64,000 nucleotides of DNA from the NCBI RefSeq assembly GCF_023055435.1, contig NW_025963813.1, forward strand, positions 1,984,001-2,048,000, written 5' to 3'. Below are positions 13,341 through 25,189 of this stretch, in pieces. The stretch is from Haliotis rufescens (lineage: Eukaryota). The stretch's first letter is position 1. Each line of letters begins with the position of its first letter. The translations under genes were made by a program, and so were the position numbers. A model generated the notes under the pieces. It did not search any database and was not told the origin of the DNA. It saw nothing but the letters and a program-made list of their open reading frames with translations.

Positions 13341-14160
13341 ATGTATATTGCTGGTATATTGTTATAAGGTAAAAATGCATCCCCAAACCTTAGAAAATTA
13401 TAACAAGGTCAACCTTTAAATTGATGGTTATAGCTTTAACACGAGGGAAACACAGAGCTGCCGACTTGGCGCAAACAAGCAGGAAATCAATAGAGCAATG
13501 ACAGTTACTGGGTATTTCGAGATAGCTTCTGTGTTGTTGTCGCCAATTAATCAATAGACATCTTTAATAGGTTAGTAGGTTCTGGTAGTTTATAATCACG
13601 ACACAAACGAGACTTCATGGTCTGATATTGTTCATAACCAATTAAAAAGATCTTTGAGGACATGTGACAAAGACAGGCCCGAACACTTCAAAATGACACC
13701 TTAAACATTTGGAGAGGAGAGTGCGGTTTAAAAATCGATTGAGTCGAATCCCACGCAGTGACGAGCCTGGCCGGTCTGATCCTGTCGTGTCTTGATAGAT
13801 GGACTGACGAGTAAGTAAAACTATGCGAGTATAAAGCCTGGTGTTGCGGTTATTATGCGTATGAATGCTGTTTGAGACTTTCGGAGAAAGAATCGATAGA
13901 CAAATCACTCCTTGACTCAGATACCCCGATTCTGACCAGGCGAGCTGCAAAGTCATGACCTAACTTGCCATGACGCCACGGAACGACAATACGTTTAGGT
14001 AACTGTAGTAAGGTCCCACCTGACGCAGTTACGACAATATGTAACACAGCCTTCGACTTTACGATGTGTATTGATGATGTATTGAATGACTGATGAGCTG
14101 CAGGAATTTTTTTCAATTTATCAAACGTTTCATTTATACTGATGTGATGTAGAAATTAGT

Positions 14161-17070
14161 CGGGGGTATGCTTCCAGATACCGTGAAATCCCCCTTCACC
14201 TAGGGGTGTGGTTCCAGATACCGTGAAATCCTCCTTCACCTGGGGCTATGGTTCCAGATACCATGATATCCTCCTTCACCTGGGGGTATGGTTCCAGATA
14301 CCGTGATATCCTCCTTCACCTGGGGGTATGGTTCGAGATACCGTGAAATCCTCCTTCACCTGGGGCTATGGTTCGAGATACCGTGAAATCCTCCTTCACC
14401 TGGGGCTATGGTTCGAGATACCGTGAAATCCTCCTTCACCTGAGGGTATGGTTCCAGATACCGTGATATCCTCCTTCACCTGGGAGGTATGGTTCCAGAT
14501 ACCGTGAAATCCTCCTTCATCTGGGGATATGGTTCCAGATACCGTGATATCCTCCTTCACCTGGATGTATGGTTCGAGATACCATGATATCCTCCTTCAC
14601 CTGGGGGTATGGTTCCAGATACCGTGCTATCCTCCTTCACCTGGGGGTATGGTTCGAGATACCGTGAAGTCCTCCTTCACCTTGGGGTATGGTTCCAGAT
14701 ACCGTGATATCCCCCTTCACCTGGGGGTATGGTTCGAGATACCATGATATCCTCCTTCACCTGGGGGTATGGTTCCAGATACCGTGATATCCTCCTTCAC
14801 CTGGGGGTATGGTTCCAGATACCGTGAAATCCTCCTTCACCTGGGGGTATGGTTCCAGATACCGTGAAATCCTCCTTCACCTGGGGGTATGGTTCCAGAT
14901 ACCGTGAAATCCTCCTTCGCCTGGGGGTATGGTTTCAGATACCGTGATATCCTCCTTCACCTGGGGGTATGGTTCCAGATACCGTGATATCCTCCTTCAT
15001 CTGGGGGTATGGTTCCAGATACCATGAAATCCTCCTTCATCTCGGGGTATGGTTCCAGATACCGTGCTATCCTCCTTCATCTGGGGGTATGGTTCCAGAT
15101 ACCGTGATATCCTCCTTCATCTGGGGGTATGGTTCCAGATACCGTGATATCCTCCTTCACCTGGGGGTATGGTTCCAGATGCCGTGAAATCCTCCTTCAT
15201 CTGGGGGTATGGTTCCAGATAACGTGAAATCCTCCTCCATCTGGTGGTATGGTTCCAGATACTGTGATATCCTCCTTCATCTGGGGGTATGGTTCCAGGT
15301 ACCGTGAAATCCTCCTTCGCCTGGGGGTATGGTTCCAGATGCTGTAAAATCCTCCTTCGCCTGGGGGTATGGTTCCAGAGGCCGTGAAATCCCCCTTCAC
15401 CTGGGGGTATGGTTCAAGATGCCGTGAAATCCCCCTGCACCTTGGGGTATGGTTCCACATACCGCGAAATCCTCCTTCACCTGGGGATATGGTTCCAGAT
15501 ACCGTGATATACTCCTTCATCTGGGGGTATGGTTCCAGATACCATGAAATCCTCCTTCATCTGGGGGTATGGTTCCAGATACCGTGAAATCCTCCTTCAT
15601 CTGGGGGTATGGTTCCAGATACCATGAAATCCTCCTTCATCTGGGGGTATGGTTCCAGATACCGTGATATCCTCCTTCATCTGGGGGTATGGTTCCAGAT
15701 ACCGTGATATCCTCCTTCATCTGGGGGTATGGTTCCAGATACCGTGAAATCCTCCTTCACCTGGGGGTATGGTTACAGATGCCGTGAAATCCTCCTTCAT
15801 CTGGGGGTATGGTTCGAGATACCGTGAAATCCTCCTCCATCTGGTGGTATGGTTCCAGATACTGTGATATCCTCCTTCATCTGGGGGTATGGTTCGAAAT
15901 ACCGTGAAATCCTCCTTCGTCTAGGGGTATGGTTCAAGATGCCGTGAAAACCTCCTTCGCCTGGTGCTATGGTTCAAGATGCCGTGAAATCCTCCTTCGC
16001 CTGGGGGTATCGTTCAAGATGCCCTGAAATCCTCCTTCGCCTGGGCCTATGATTCCAGATACCGTGATACCCCCCTTCACTTGGGGGTAAGGTTCCAGAT
16101 ACCGTGAAATCCTCCTTCATCTGGGGGTATGGTTCCAGATGCCGTGAAATCCTCCTTCACCTGGATGTATGGTTCCAGATACCGTGAAATCCTCCTTCAC
16201 CTGGGGGTATGGTTCCAGATGCCGTGAAATCCTCCTTCATCTGGGGGTATGGTTCCAGATACCGTGAAATCCTCCTTCATCTGGGGGTATGGTTCCAAAT
16301 GCCGTGAAATCCTCCTTCACCTGGGGGTATGGTTCCAGATACCGTGAAATCCTCCTTCACCTGGGGGTATGGTTCCAGATGCCGTGAAATCCTACTTCAC
16401 CTGGGGGTATGGTTCCAGATGCCGTGAAATCCTCCTTCACCTGGGGGTATGGTTCCAGATGCCGTGAAATCCTCCTTCACCTGGGGGTATGGTTCCAGAT
16501 GCCGTGAAATCCTCCTTCACCTGGGGGTATGGTTCCAGATACCGTGAAATCCTCCTTCACCTGAGGGTATGGTTCCAGATGCCGTGAAATCCTACTTCAC
16601 CTGGGGGTATGGTTCCAGATGCCTTGAAATCCTCCTTCACCTGGATGTATGGTTCCAGATACCGTGAAATCCTCCTTCATCTGGGGGTATGGTTCCAGAT
16701 ACAGAGAAATCCTCTTTAATCTGGATGTATGGTTCCAGATACCGTGATATCCTCCTTCACCTGGGGGTATGGTTCCAGATACAGAGACATCCTCTTTAAT
16801 CTGGATGAATGGTTCCAGATACCGTGATATCCTCCTTTACCTGGGGGTATGGTTCCAGATACAGAGACATCCTCTTTAATCTGGATGAATGGTTCCAGAT
16901 ACCGTGATATCCTCCTTCACCTGGGGGTATGGTTCCAGATACCGTGAAATCCTCTTTCACCTGGGGGTATGGTTCCAGATACCGTGATATCCTCCTTCAC
17001 CTGAGGGTAAGGTTCCCGATACCGTGATATCCTCCTTCGCCTGGGGGTATGGTTCCAGATACCATGAAAA
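14161..17070. repeat. 40-bp satellite (ctgggggtatggttccagataccgtgaaatcctccttcac), ~70 copies
   Basis: Read directly; the phase recurs every 120 bp in the listing. Confidence 0.98.
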
Positions 17071-17345
17071 CATCCTTAGTCTGGACGGCTTAGTTCCAGA
17101 TTAAAAAAAAATTCCGGATTAACGAATCAAGGTTGGGAGAAATATTGCTTTATACATACATGGGCAATGACAAACGGTTCCGGACTACCAGGTTTTCGGA
17201 CTAACGAGGTTTCACTTTATATATATATATTTACAGGAAATGGTAGATTAATCTGTTAAGCTTTCCTCCAAATCACAATATATATTCCAACACCGACACA
17301 TTTATTTGACAGCGATCGAAATGCAACTGTTTTCAAGTGTGCTTG

Positions 17346-17512
17346 GGGGCGGTCGGGTAGCCTAGTGGTTAAAGCGTTCGCTCGTCAGCCGAAGACCGGG
17401 GTTCGATTCCCGACATGGGTACAATGTGTGAAACCCATTTCTGGTGTCCCCCGCCGTGATATTGCTGGAATATTGCTAAAAGCGGCGTCAAACCATACTC
17501 ACTCACTCACTC
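17346..17512 (+). mobile_element. tRNA-derived SINE, family A, with a 13-bp TSD
   Basis: A-box tagcctagtggtt, B-box ggttcgattcc, (ACTC)n tail; TSD tcaagtgtgcttg on both sides. Confidence 0.9.
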
Positions 17513-17904
17513 AAGTGTGCTTGAAGGCACTCGTGATATTATTCAGGTGTGCCTCAAACGATATATGTGTGTCCCTGGCTTATCATGACATCCCTATTCC
17601 TTGCATATTTTGTAAAGTAATACACATTTATTTCTATCACAAATAAGCCAAGAGTTATTTGAACTGTGAAAACACATAGTCAACTTTAGCTCGAATCAGA
17701 AAAGATGTGTTTTTGTGCTCAAGTCCACCTCCAAAGAAACATCCACTGACATCGTTGTGTTTTATTATCTCATGCCTGAATACCCATGGAAGTTAATATT
17801 GTGGCAAGTGAAACGATATCCTCGATGTAAATCACATTGTATAATCTTCACATGAAACAGGTGATATATTTGGTATACATTCTTGAAATTGATGGTGTGC
17901 AGTA

Positions 17905-18203
17905 AGTTGAAGTGAGGTGAAATTGGTTTGAACGTCGCGTCCAAGATTATTGCACTTATATAGCGACGTGCATGCACGTGTGTGTGTGTGTGTGTGTTGC
18001 TGCTTGTACTAGTCCGGACTGATGCCGATTTATAGTGCTAGCTCACTGAGATACCATGACACAGTTTAACATGAATACCCCACTCAGACACAGTATACTG
18101 ACTCCGAGCCGACCAGTCCTTGTTTTAGCCCCTTAAAGCCGAGCGCCAGACAGGGTAACAACAAGTACCATCTTTTAACGTCTTTTGGTATGACGCGGCC
18201 GCG
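17905..18203 (-). mobile_element. SINE family C, 5' truncated
   Basis: Reverse complement matches the complete copy at 50161-50493. Confidence 0.85.
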
Positions 18204-18506
18204 GATTGTGCAGTAAGGACACTGGGAGTGTTTTAAGGGTGCAATCAGCAGATTTCGAAATCTGTTTGACAACAATGACAGTCTCGGAGTCCCCACAGTG
18301 ACACAACGCGGAGAGGAAACATTTCCGTGAAGCTCTGTGAATATTTATATCAGTGTATCGTCACAACTGGGATATAAACTGCCCGGCAAAAGAAAGTGTA
18401 CACAAAATTTGATCTGACTAAAATATACCACACGTTATCAAAATGTTACAAGGCTGAAAACAGTCACCAAAACACTGCAAACGTCCAAAACACAACTGTG
18501 ATACCC

Positions 18507-19078
18507 GTATCAAACACATCACCCTCGAGAAACCTTTCCGTGTTTGTTTCAATATTTACCCACTATCAAACACATCACCCTCGAGAAACCTTTCCGTGTT
18601 TGTTTCAATATTTACCCACTATCAAACACATCACCCTCGAGAAACCTTTCCGTGTTTGTTTCAATATTTACCCACTATCAAACACATCACCCTCGAGAAA
18701 CCTTTCCGTGTTTGTTTCAATATTTACCCACTATCAAACACATCACCCTCGAGAAACCTTTCCGTGTTTGTTTCAATATTTACCCAATATCAAACACATC
18801 ACCCTCGAGAAACCTTTCCGTGTTTGTTTCAATATTTACCCACTATCAAACACATCACCCTCGAGAAACCTTTCCGTGTTTGTTTCAATATTTACCCACT
18901 ATCAAACACATCACCCTCGAGAAACCTTTCCGTGTTTGTTTCAATATTTACCCAATATCAAACACATCACCCTCGAGAAACCTTTCCGTGTTTGTTTCAA
19001 TATTTACCCACTATCAAACACATCAACCTCGAGAAACCTTTCCGTGTTTGTTTCACTATTTACCCACTATCAAACACG
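18507..19078. repeat. 56-bp near-perfect minisatellite, ~10 copies
   Basis: Unit cactatcaaacacatcaccctcgagaaacctttccgtgtttgtttcaatatttacc; period of 56 (18561 to 18617). Confidence 0.97.
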
Positions 19079-20056
19079 GGTGAGTTCACCAAGTTCCCCT
19101 TGTCTTCGTGCTGGATTGTATCGGAGCTCAAGCTTTTATGATACATGATTTTACGAAGTTTCGTTTAATTGTCAAACCCTTAGAACATAATTATGTTTGT
19201 CAATGCTTTGCTATTCAATATTCCAGCTGTATGATGGCGGTCTGTAAATAACCGAATGTGGGCCAGATAACCCGGTGACTGATATAATGACCCAAATTCC
19301 ACATCGTCGGGGTTTGTTGACACGCTTTCAAGCGAGACAAACAGATCCACTGAGTCAGACCAGCAAAGGTTGCTTGAGACTAATCTAACATGGAATCCCA
19401 ACTGTGACCCTTAAAAGTATCGGTTCGTTACGTTCGATATTAAAGGGACACATATGAACCAATGACTAAATTTAACAAGAATAAGACTAATACGTACATT
19501 TGGACGCAAGCATATTGAAGTTTAATGAGAATATTGATTGTCAATGGAAGTAGAATAGTAGATAGTAGAATATGAAAACAAAGATACAAAGGTATGCCTG
19601 AATATTTGGTGAACAAGAATACCGCAAAAGCCAGACCAAATCACTTACTTGATTTACGGAACCCGCGGGGATTTTTTGAAACAAAATTGCGAAAAATAAT
19701 GCAACCGTTCCTGCTGTCAAAATAAAAATAATTCGCCCTGACGTTGTGTTTTATTTTAAGTAAGGCGGGCTACTCCCGTATTTCAATGCCGACCCGTGAA
19801 GATCCGGATAAATTGTTTGTTTGTTTGTTTGTTGTTTAGCGCCACACTTGGCAATATTCCAGCTATATGATGTCGGTCTGTTAATGATCGAGTCTGAACC
19901 AGACAATCCAGTGATTGGCATCATGAGCATCGATCCACGCAATTGGGATACAATGACATGCATCAACCAAGTCAGTGAGCCTGACCACCCGATCAGTAGT
20001 AATAACTAGATCAATAAGTGAGACCAATAAGATAAAACCTTGGTGGGAAAATATTA

Positions 20057-20062
20057 TTTATT
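20057..20062 (-). terminator. Candidate poly(A) signal (AATAAA) of the chitin-binding protein gene
   Basis: tttatt on the plus strand, about 130 nt downstream of the stop at 20194. Confidence 0.55.
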
Positions 20063-20193
20063 GGAATCGTATGCTTTATGGACAGATATTATCGGTAATT
20101 GCTAATAAAAAGAGGGCTTGGTCCCGAACATAGTAACATTGTTATTCTATATTTACTGTGCCGATCATACATTGATATTGATAAGTGTCTTTT

Positions 20194-20858
20194 TCAACCA
20201 ATTGATGCGAATGGGGAGTGGCAAGTTTCAAGGACCGTATTCCAAATAAGTCCACCAGGACACGAACCAACAAAGGCGTCGCCATTGTTATCGCACTGGA
20301 TAAATTTATGGATATCTGGATGAGGAAAGTAGAGCTTTCCAGCTGCGGCCTGTTTAGACAAGCATGGGTTCGTTCCCATTCCAGTTCCAGTTCCAGTTCC
20401 AGTTCCAGTTCCAGTTCCAGGTCTTGTTACTGTTACTGTGCCAACGGTCGGGGGTGGCGTCACAACAACGCCTGCAGTGGTGGCGTATTCACAAGCTCGG
20501 CGGGCCTGGTTCCATATTAGCATTGACGGACATGAGAGAATTGTCGCTCCCCCATTTGGGCCACATTCAATGAACTTTGTGTTGATGTTTGGGATGGCAA
20601 AATAGACCAGCCCGGCCGCGTAATTGGCTTTGGTGCAGAAACCAGACGTGATGGTGGTAGCGGCGGGTGTGACTTGGGGGACAACAGGTGACCGACACGA
20701 CGTGGTAGCCGAGTTATACGTCAACCCCGACGGACATTGGATGATGTACATCTGGCCAATGTTGTCGCACTGGAGAAACTTGGTGTTGTCGGAGGGATGT
20801 GGAAAATATACTCTTTTGTTGTTTCCCACACAGGGGTTTTGTGGTGCCACCCAGTTGT
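20194..20858 (-). CDS. Exon 3 of a secreted chitin-binding type-2 (CBM14/peritrophin-A-like) protein: three modules plus Thr/Pro- and (Gly-Thr)n linkers
   Basis: Three repeats of C...YF(PH/AI)P....KF.(Q/E)C.........CP..L.(Y/W)N.....C. Acceptor ttttcag at 20859-20860, phase 1; TGA stop at 20194. Confidence 0.9.
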
Positions 20859-20911
20859 CTGAAAACGAAACAAATTCAATATACTCGCATGTATGTCGTT
20901 CGTATGCAGCC

Positions 20912-21193
20912 GGGGGCACGGGTGGCCCAGTCATCTAAGGCGCCGCGATTCGCTGTGCAGATTTGAATCCCTTGGGCACGCCAGAAACCTATGATTGTGG
21001 GTTCGAATCACGGTTCGCCCCGATTATGTTTCTAGGTTTGTCAGCACCATACCCGTGCTCGTGGGTTTCAGGGAAGTGGTAAACGTCTGAGACCTGCATC
21101 ACTTCGGGCTTTCCTCCCACATTAAGCTGACACGCCGCGATATAACTGGAAAACTGTTAAAAGCGGCGTTAAACCAAACTCACTCACTCACTC
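20912..21193 (+). mobile_element. tRNA-derived SINE, family B, in intron 2 of the chitin-binding gene
   Basis: A-box gtggcccagtc, B-box gggttcgaatc, (ACTC)n tail; TSD tcgtatgcagcc on both sides. Confidence 0.9.
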
Positions 21194-21364
21194 GTATGCA
21201 GCCAGTCGACTGTAATTCGCTGTCTCCAATTTGCAGTGTCTGTGGTATCCCGTTACACAAAGCGATCTTAGCAAGACAGTATTAAAGTACGGACGTTAAG
21301 ATCGTCTTAACTTTAAGATCACCTTGTTGAACTGGGCCCTGGTTGTAGGTTTCCGCGAGGGTGT

Positions 21365-21620
21365 GTGTGTTTGTTGTTTAACGCCGCTCTAAGCAACAGT
21401 CGAGCTATATGACGGCGGTCTGTAAATAATCGAGTCTGGACCAGACAATCCAGTGATTGACATCATCAGCATCGATCCACGCAATTGGGATACGATGACA
21501 TGCATGAACCAAGTCAGCGAGCCTGACCACCCGATCCTGTTCGTTGCCTCTTACGACAAGCATAGTCGCCTTTTACGGCAAGCATAGTCGCCTTTTACGG
21601 CAAGCATAGTCGCCTTTTAC
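21365..21620 (-). mobile_element. Retroposon family D copy
   Basis: (AAAC)n tail and family body; about three copies of the internal 22-nt unit. Confidence 0.85.
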
Positions 21621-22053
21621 TAACCGTCCACGATTTGGGCCATGATCACTGTAGGTTTTCCTCAAACACTGAACTCATTCCTGAACAGTGGCATTAAAAA
21701 CTAATTGAAAATGCTATGTTCGATCAGCGTTATGTGTGTATGGTAACATGCTAAATACGAAGCAAAAAGGGTGTAGGTTTTCGATTATTCACAGACCGCC
21801 GTCATATAGCTGGAATATTGCTGAGTGCGGCGTTAAACAACAAACAAACAAACAAACCAACCCGGTGAAGGTTTAACTGGTGATTATTGCAACAATACTT
21901 ATTGTATAATCAACAGCACAAAGCACTGGTCCATCAGTCATGTCAGGCTCAGTTGTATCACTCAGCGTCCCTTGCTGCCAACCCCTTCATATCGACACTG
22001 TATACATGAACTCTATAACTTGTAATAAATTTGGTTTATTTCAAAATACTCAC

Positions 22054-22077
22054 TTGTGCATGGCGCTTGCCGTTTCA
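22054..22077 (-). CDS. Exon 2 (24-nt micro-exon, L-KRQAPCT-N) of the chitin-binding protein
   Basis: Strong acceptor tctttcttttcag and donor gtgagt; phase 1-1, joins exons 1 and 3 in frame. Confidence 0.8.
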
Positions 22078-22953
22078 CTGAAAAGAAAGACAATCAGAGA
22101 CAATTAAAACAATCAAGAAAAGGGTAAATCGAAATAATAGTTAAGTGTGAAAATGTTGTGTGAACATATCACACATCTAACCCTCAGTACGAGACGTGAT
22201 AATGACCCATGGTGGCCCATTAGAAATGTCAAAACATAAACGGAAATGTAAGATTTGATCGGAAATGTTCATATTACTCATTTCCTTTGTTTTTCCCATT
22301 TGCAAAGGTCGGACTGATGACCTGATCAAGAACTTAAGTATGTCTAAAATGAGTGAAAAAAAGTGATTTAAAAGAACTAACGGTTATATGTGGCAATCGT
22401 GAGCCAAGATGATTCTTCATTATTTTCATTACCTTCATTACTATTTCAGTAATGCTCATGCTCAAATATTTTTTAAAATACCCGTTAACCGAAAACCTCT
22501 AAAATCAGAATTTTGGACACATTTTAGCTTTGGACATCCTCATTTGATTACATAGTTCAACACATGCAAATGTTGACAGGAAAATTATCATCTTCAATAC
22601 GAACACTTCTTATATATTTTTAAACGTTCGCACAGTTCTTTGATTATGCAGATCTAGATACCCTGGGCGAAACAAGGTTCGTTATCACAGCCCATTATCT
22701 GCTTTCGGTCCTATATTCAAGTACTCTTTAAATAGTGCATTGTTAATACTAACACGTGGATACAATTAATTGTCACCTATTTCATCTTATTTCTGACGGA
22801 AACCACTCCAGAAGAGAATTTTATTATCCGAGTTTATCATTTAGATTTTATTTTCAGATATTTTTGGAATCATGATCACACCAACGAGTATCAATAAAAT
22901 TAATTACAACGAATATCAACTGCTAATGTGGAAATGGAGATTTATCTACTTAC

Positions 22954-23011
22954 ATCTCAGCTCAGCCGAGGCAGTGAAAGCCAAAAACAAGACAGCCACA
23001 ATTCTCCACAT
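22954..23011 (-). CDS. Exon 1 (signal peptide MWRIVAVLFLAFTASAELR) of the chitin-binding protein
   Basis: ATG at 23011, hydrophobic core ending in A-S-A, donor gtaagt in phase 1. Spliced CDS is 747 nt = 248 aa + stop. Confidence 0.85.
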
Positions 23012-23064
23012 GTTCTCTGGAACTGCCAATACCGACTGTGAAACAAGCAGTTGAACAAGCATCC

Positions 23065-23070
23065 TTTATA
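23065..23070 (-). promoter_or_regulatory. TATA box of the chitin-binding protein gene
   Basis: TATAAA about 30 nt upstream of an initiator-like TCACAGTC and about 55 nt upstream of the ATG. Confidence 0.65.
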
Positions 23071-23552
23071 CCCGTATTGGGTGGCGTCAGTAAACGTGGC
23101 GGCCGTTCATGATCAAACCCACGACGAGATCCGGCAAAGCGATGTTGCTAGGTGAAGCTAATATTCAGATAAAGGATGCACGGGGCTGCTGAAGTTGTAA
23201 ATGGACGTCGTCGTTTAAACAGCGGAACAAATCCGAAGACCAACTACGCCTGTTTAGATTTAAGCGTAGGAGGTTTGGAGATGCTGTTTGTGTTAGTGGT
23301 TGTATTATTTGTGTTGACCGTGGTAGTGGTCTCCCGAGGTCACAAGACAGTTGTTTGGATATTGAGGGTGAAGGAGTTCCCCATGATGAATTCAGGAAAT
23401 GACGATCATGGGCGCTTAAAAGTTTGGCATGCTTTATCATTTAATTGAAGGGGAGGTGAAATGGGAGTTTGGCGTCGTCTTCAAGATTATGGCACATATC
23501 TTGCGAATTGTGTGCGTATGGATGTGTATTTGTATGTGTGTATGTGTGTACG

Positions 23553-23591
<39 letters not shown>

Positions 23592-23908
23592 ATGCGTGCG
23601 TGCGTAATGACTCCGAGTCCAACCAGGGCAACAGCTATCTTTTCACGTTTTTTATGTGACGAGGCCAGGGAATCGAACCACCAACCTTCCACTGTCCGGG
23701 CAGACACCCTATCCGGGTTGGAGTTGATCTTCGGCAACCCATGCTCTTCGTCAGAGGCGATTAACGGGATCAAGCTCGCTGACTTGGTTGATGCTCATGA
23801 CGTCAATCACTGGCGTTTTTACAGACCAACGTCATATATAACTGGGATGTTACTGAGTGCGGCGTTAAACAAACAAACATCATATTACATATAGTATAAT
23901 GTGTTTCG

Positions 23909-23990
<82 letters not shown>

Positions 23991-24374
23991 GCACGCACTT
24001 AGAGTAAAGTAAACCCTCAAGTGGGTGTCAACTGATCTGTGATGGTCGTACAGTGCTGCTGCAGCTTCATCAGAGCTCGTGCTGGAAGGTGTAGATGTGG
24101 ACGACGTGCCACTGTCAACCCCAGTCCTTCACACTGTCGCGTGTTGTCCAAGTGTCCGAACTATCCGCGAAGAGTGTACAGCCGTTCACCAATCCCACAG
24201 CTGCATCAGCTTGTGTTAAACCTAAAGACAGAAAGCATCATCTTTGACGCAAGGGGGCTGGCTGTGTGTTAGGGAGGGTCCAGTGAGATTAGTAGGACGT
24301 TGGCGTTCATCAAGGGAGGGGGTGTCGTCTAAATTACTATATATATTTCTTCAAATAAAAAAGTGTTAAAGTTA

Positions 24375-24445
24375 GGGTGAGGTGAGGTGATATGGGGTTT
24401 AACGTCGCGTCCAAGATTATTGCACTTACATAGCAATGTGCATGT

Positions 24446-24480
<35 letters not shown>

Positions 24481-24725
24481 TGTGTCTGCTTGTACTAGTC
24501 CGGACTAAGGATTTATAGTGCTAGTTTAACATAAATACCCCACTCAGTTACAGTATACTGACTCCGAGCCGACCAGTCCTTGTTTTAGCCTCTTTATGCC
24601 GAGCTCCAGACAGGTTAACAACAAGTACCATCTTTTAACGTTTTTTGGTATGACGCGGCCGGGGATCGAACCCCGGACTTTCCGCTCTCCGGACGGACGC
24701 TCTACCACTAGACTACGGAGGTGGT
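24375..24725 (-). mobile_element. SINE family C, full length
   Basis: tRNA-like head (gtctagtggtagagcg...ggttcgatcccc), internal (CA)n and a (CACCT)n tail. Confidence 0.88.
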
Positions 24726-25189
24726 CTATAAAATTGAACAATATTTAGGGACTTGTCACTTATTATAGGGAAGGGAGTCATGACCTGAAAACGCCAAAGG
24801 CCAAACTGTTATGACCTACTTCGTCACTACAAAGTGAACAATCGATCAAGGCAACAGGAGGTAAATACATGTAGGTGTATGTTGCACGTGGTCTAGCTTA
24901 CATGCTGGATCGAACTTCTGGAGCTCCCTGAATACACTACATAATTACATTTATATATGGATGTTTTATTTTACAATGTTTCATGAAACATATTTTATTG
25001 TACATGGACTCGTGTGCTAGTGTTTACCAGTGACCTGTGATATCAACTCGGATTTCATTTTTTTCAGCCGGATTGCTGTATAAACTGGGCTTGAATGTCG
25101 ATCCTACACAAGTCCGGTTAAGACGGATTCCACCGTACATAAAGTGCATAATAAACCAAGTGATACGCCCTCGTTTGATGATAATTGTT

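Noticed and set aside
12620-13372. Overlapping 194-240-aa ORFs on both strands
   Set aside because: The 42-bp repeat is open in four frames on both strands, with no convincing start, splice context or unique flanking coding sequence.
14088-14112. Hammerhead core ctgatgag (and ctgacgag at ~13803)
   Set aside because: No downstream stem II-GAAA or stems I/III.
14161-17070. CRISPR-like array (also considered for the 41/42-, 56- and 93-bp arrays)
   Set aside because: Head-to-tail monomers with no unique spacers, no cas genes, and a eukaryotic context.
17346-17420. tRNA genes at SINE heads (families A, B, C)
   Set aside because: A/B boxes are present but fused to SINE bodies with microsatellite tails and TSDs; no clean cloverleaf with a terminator.
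18396-19148. 180-250-aa ORFs in three frames
   Set aside because: Products of the 56-bp tandem repeat.
20859-20934. N-terminus MTGPPVPPAAYERHTCEYIEFVSFS of the listed 246-aa ORF
   Set aside because: Intron and SINE read-through upstream of the real acceptor; the signal peptide comes from the exon at 22954-23011.
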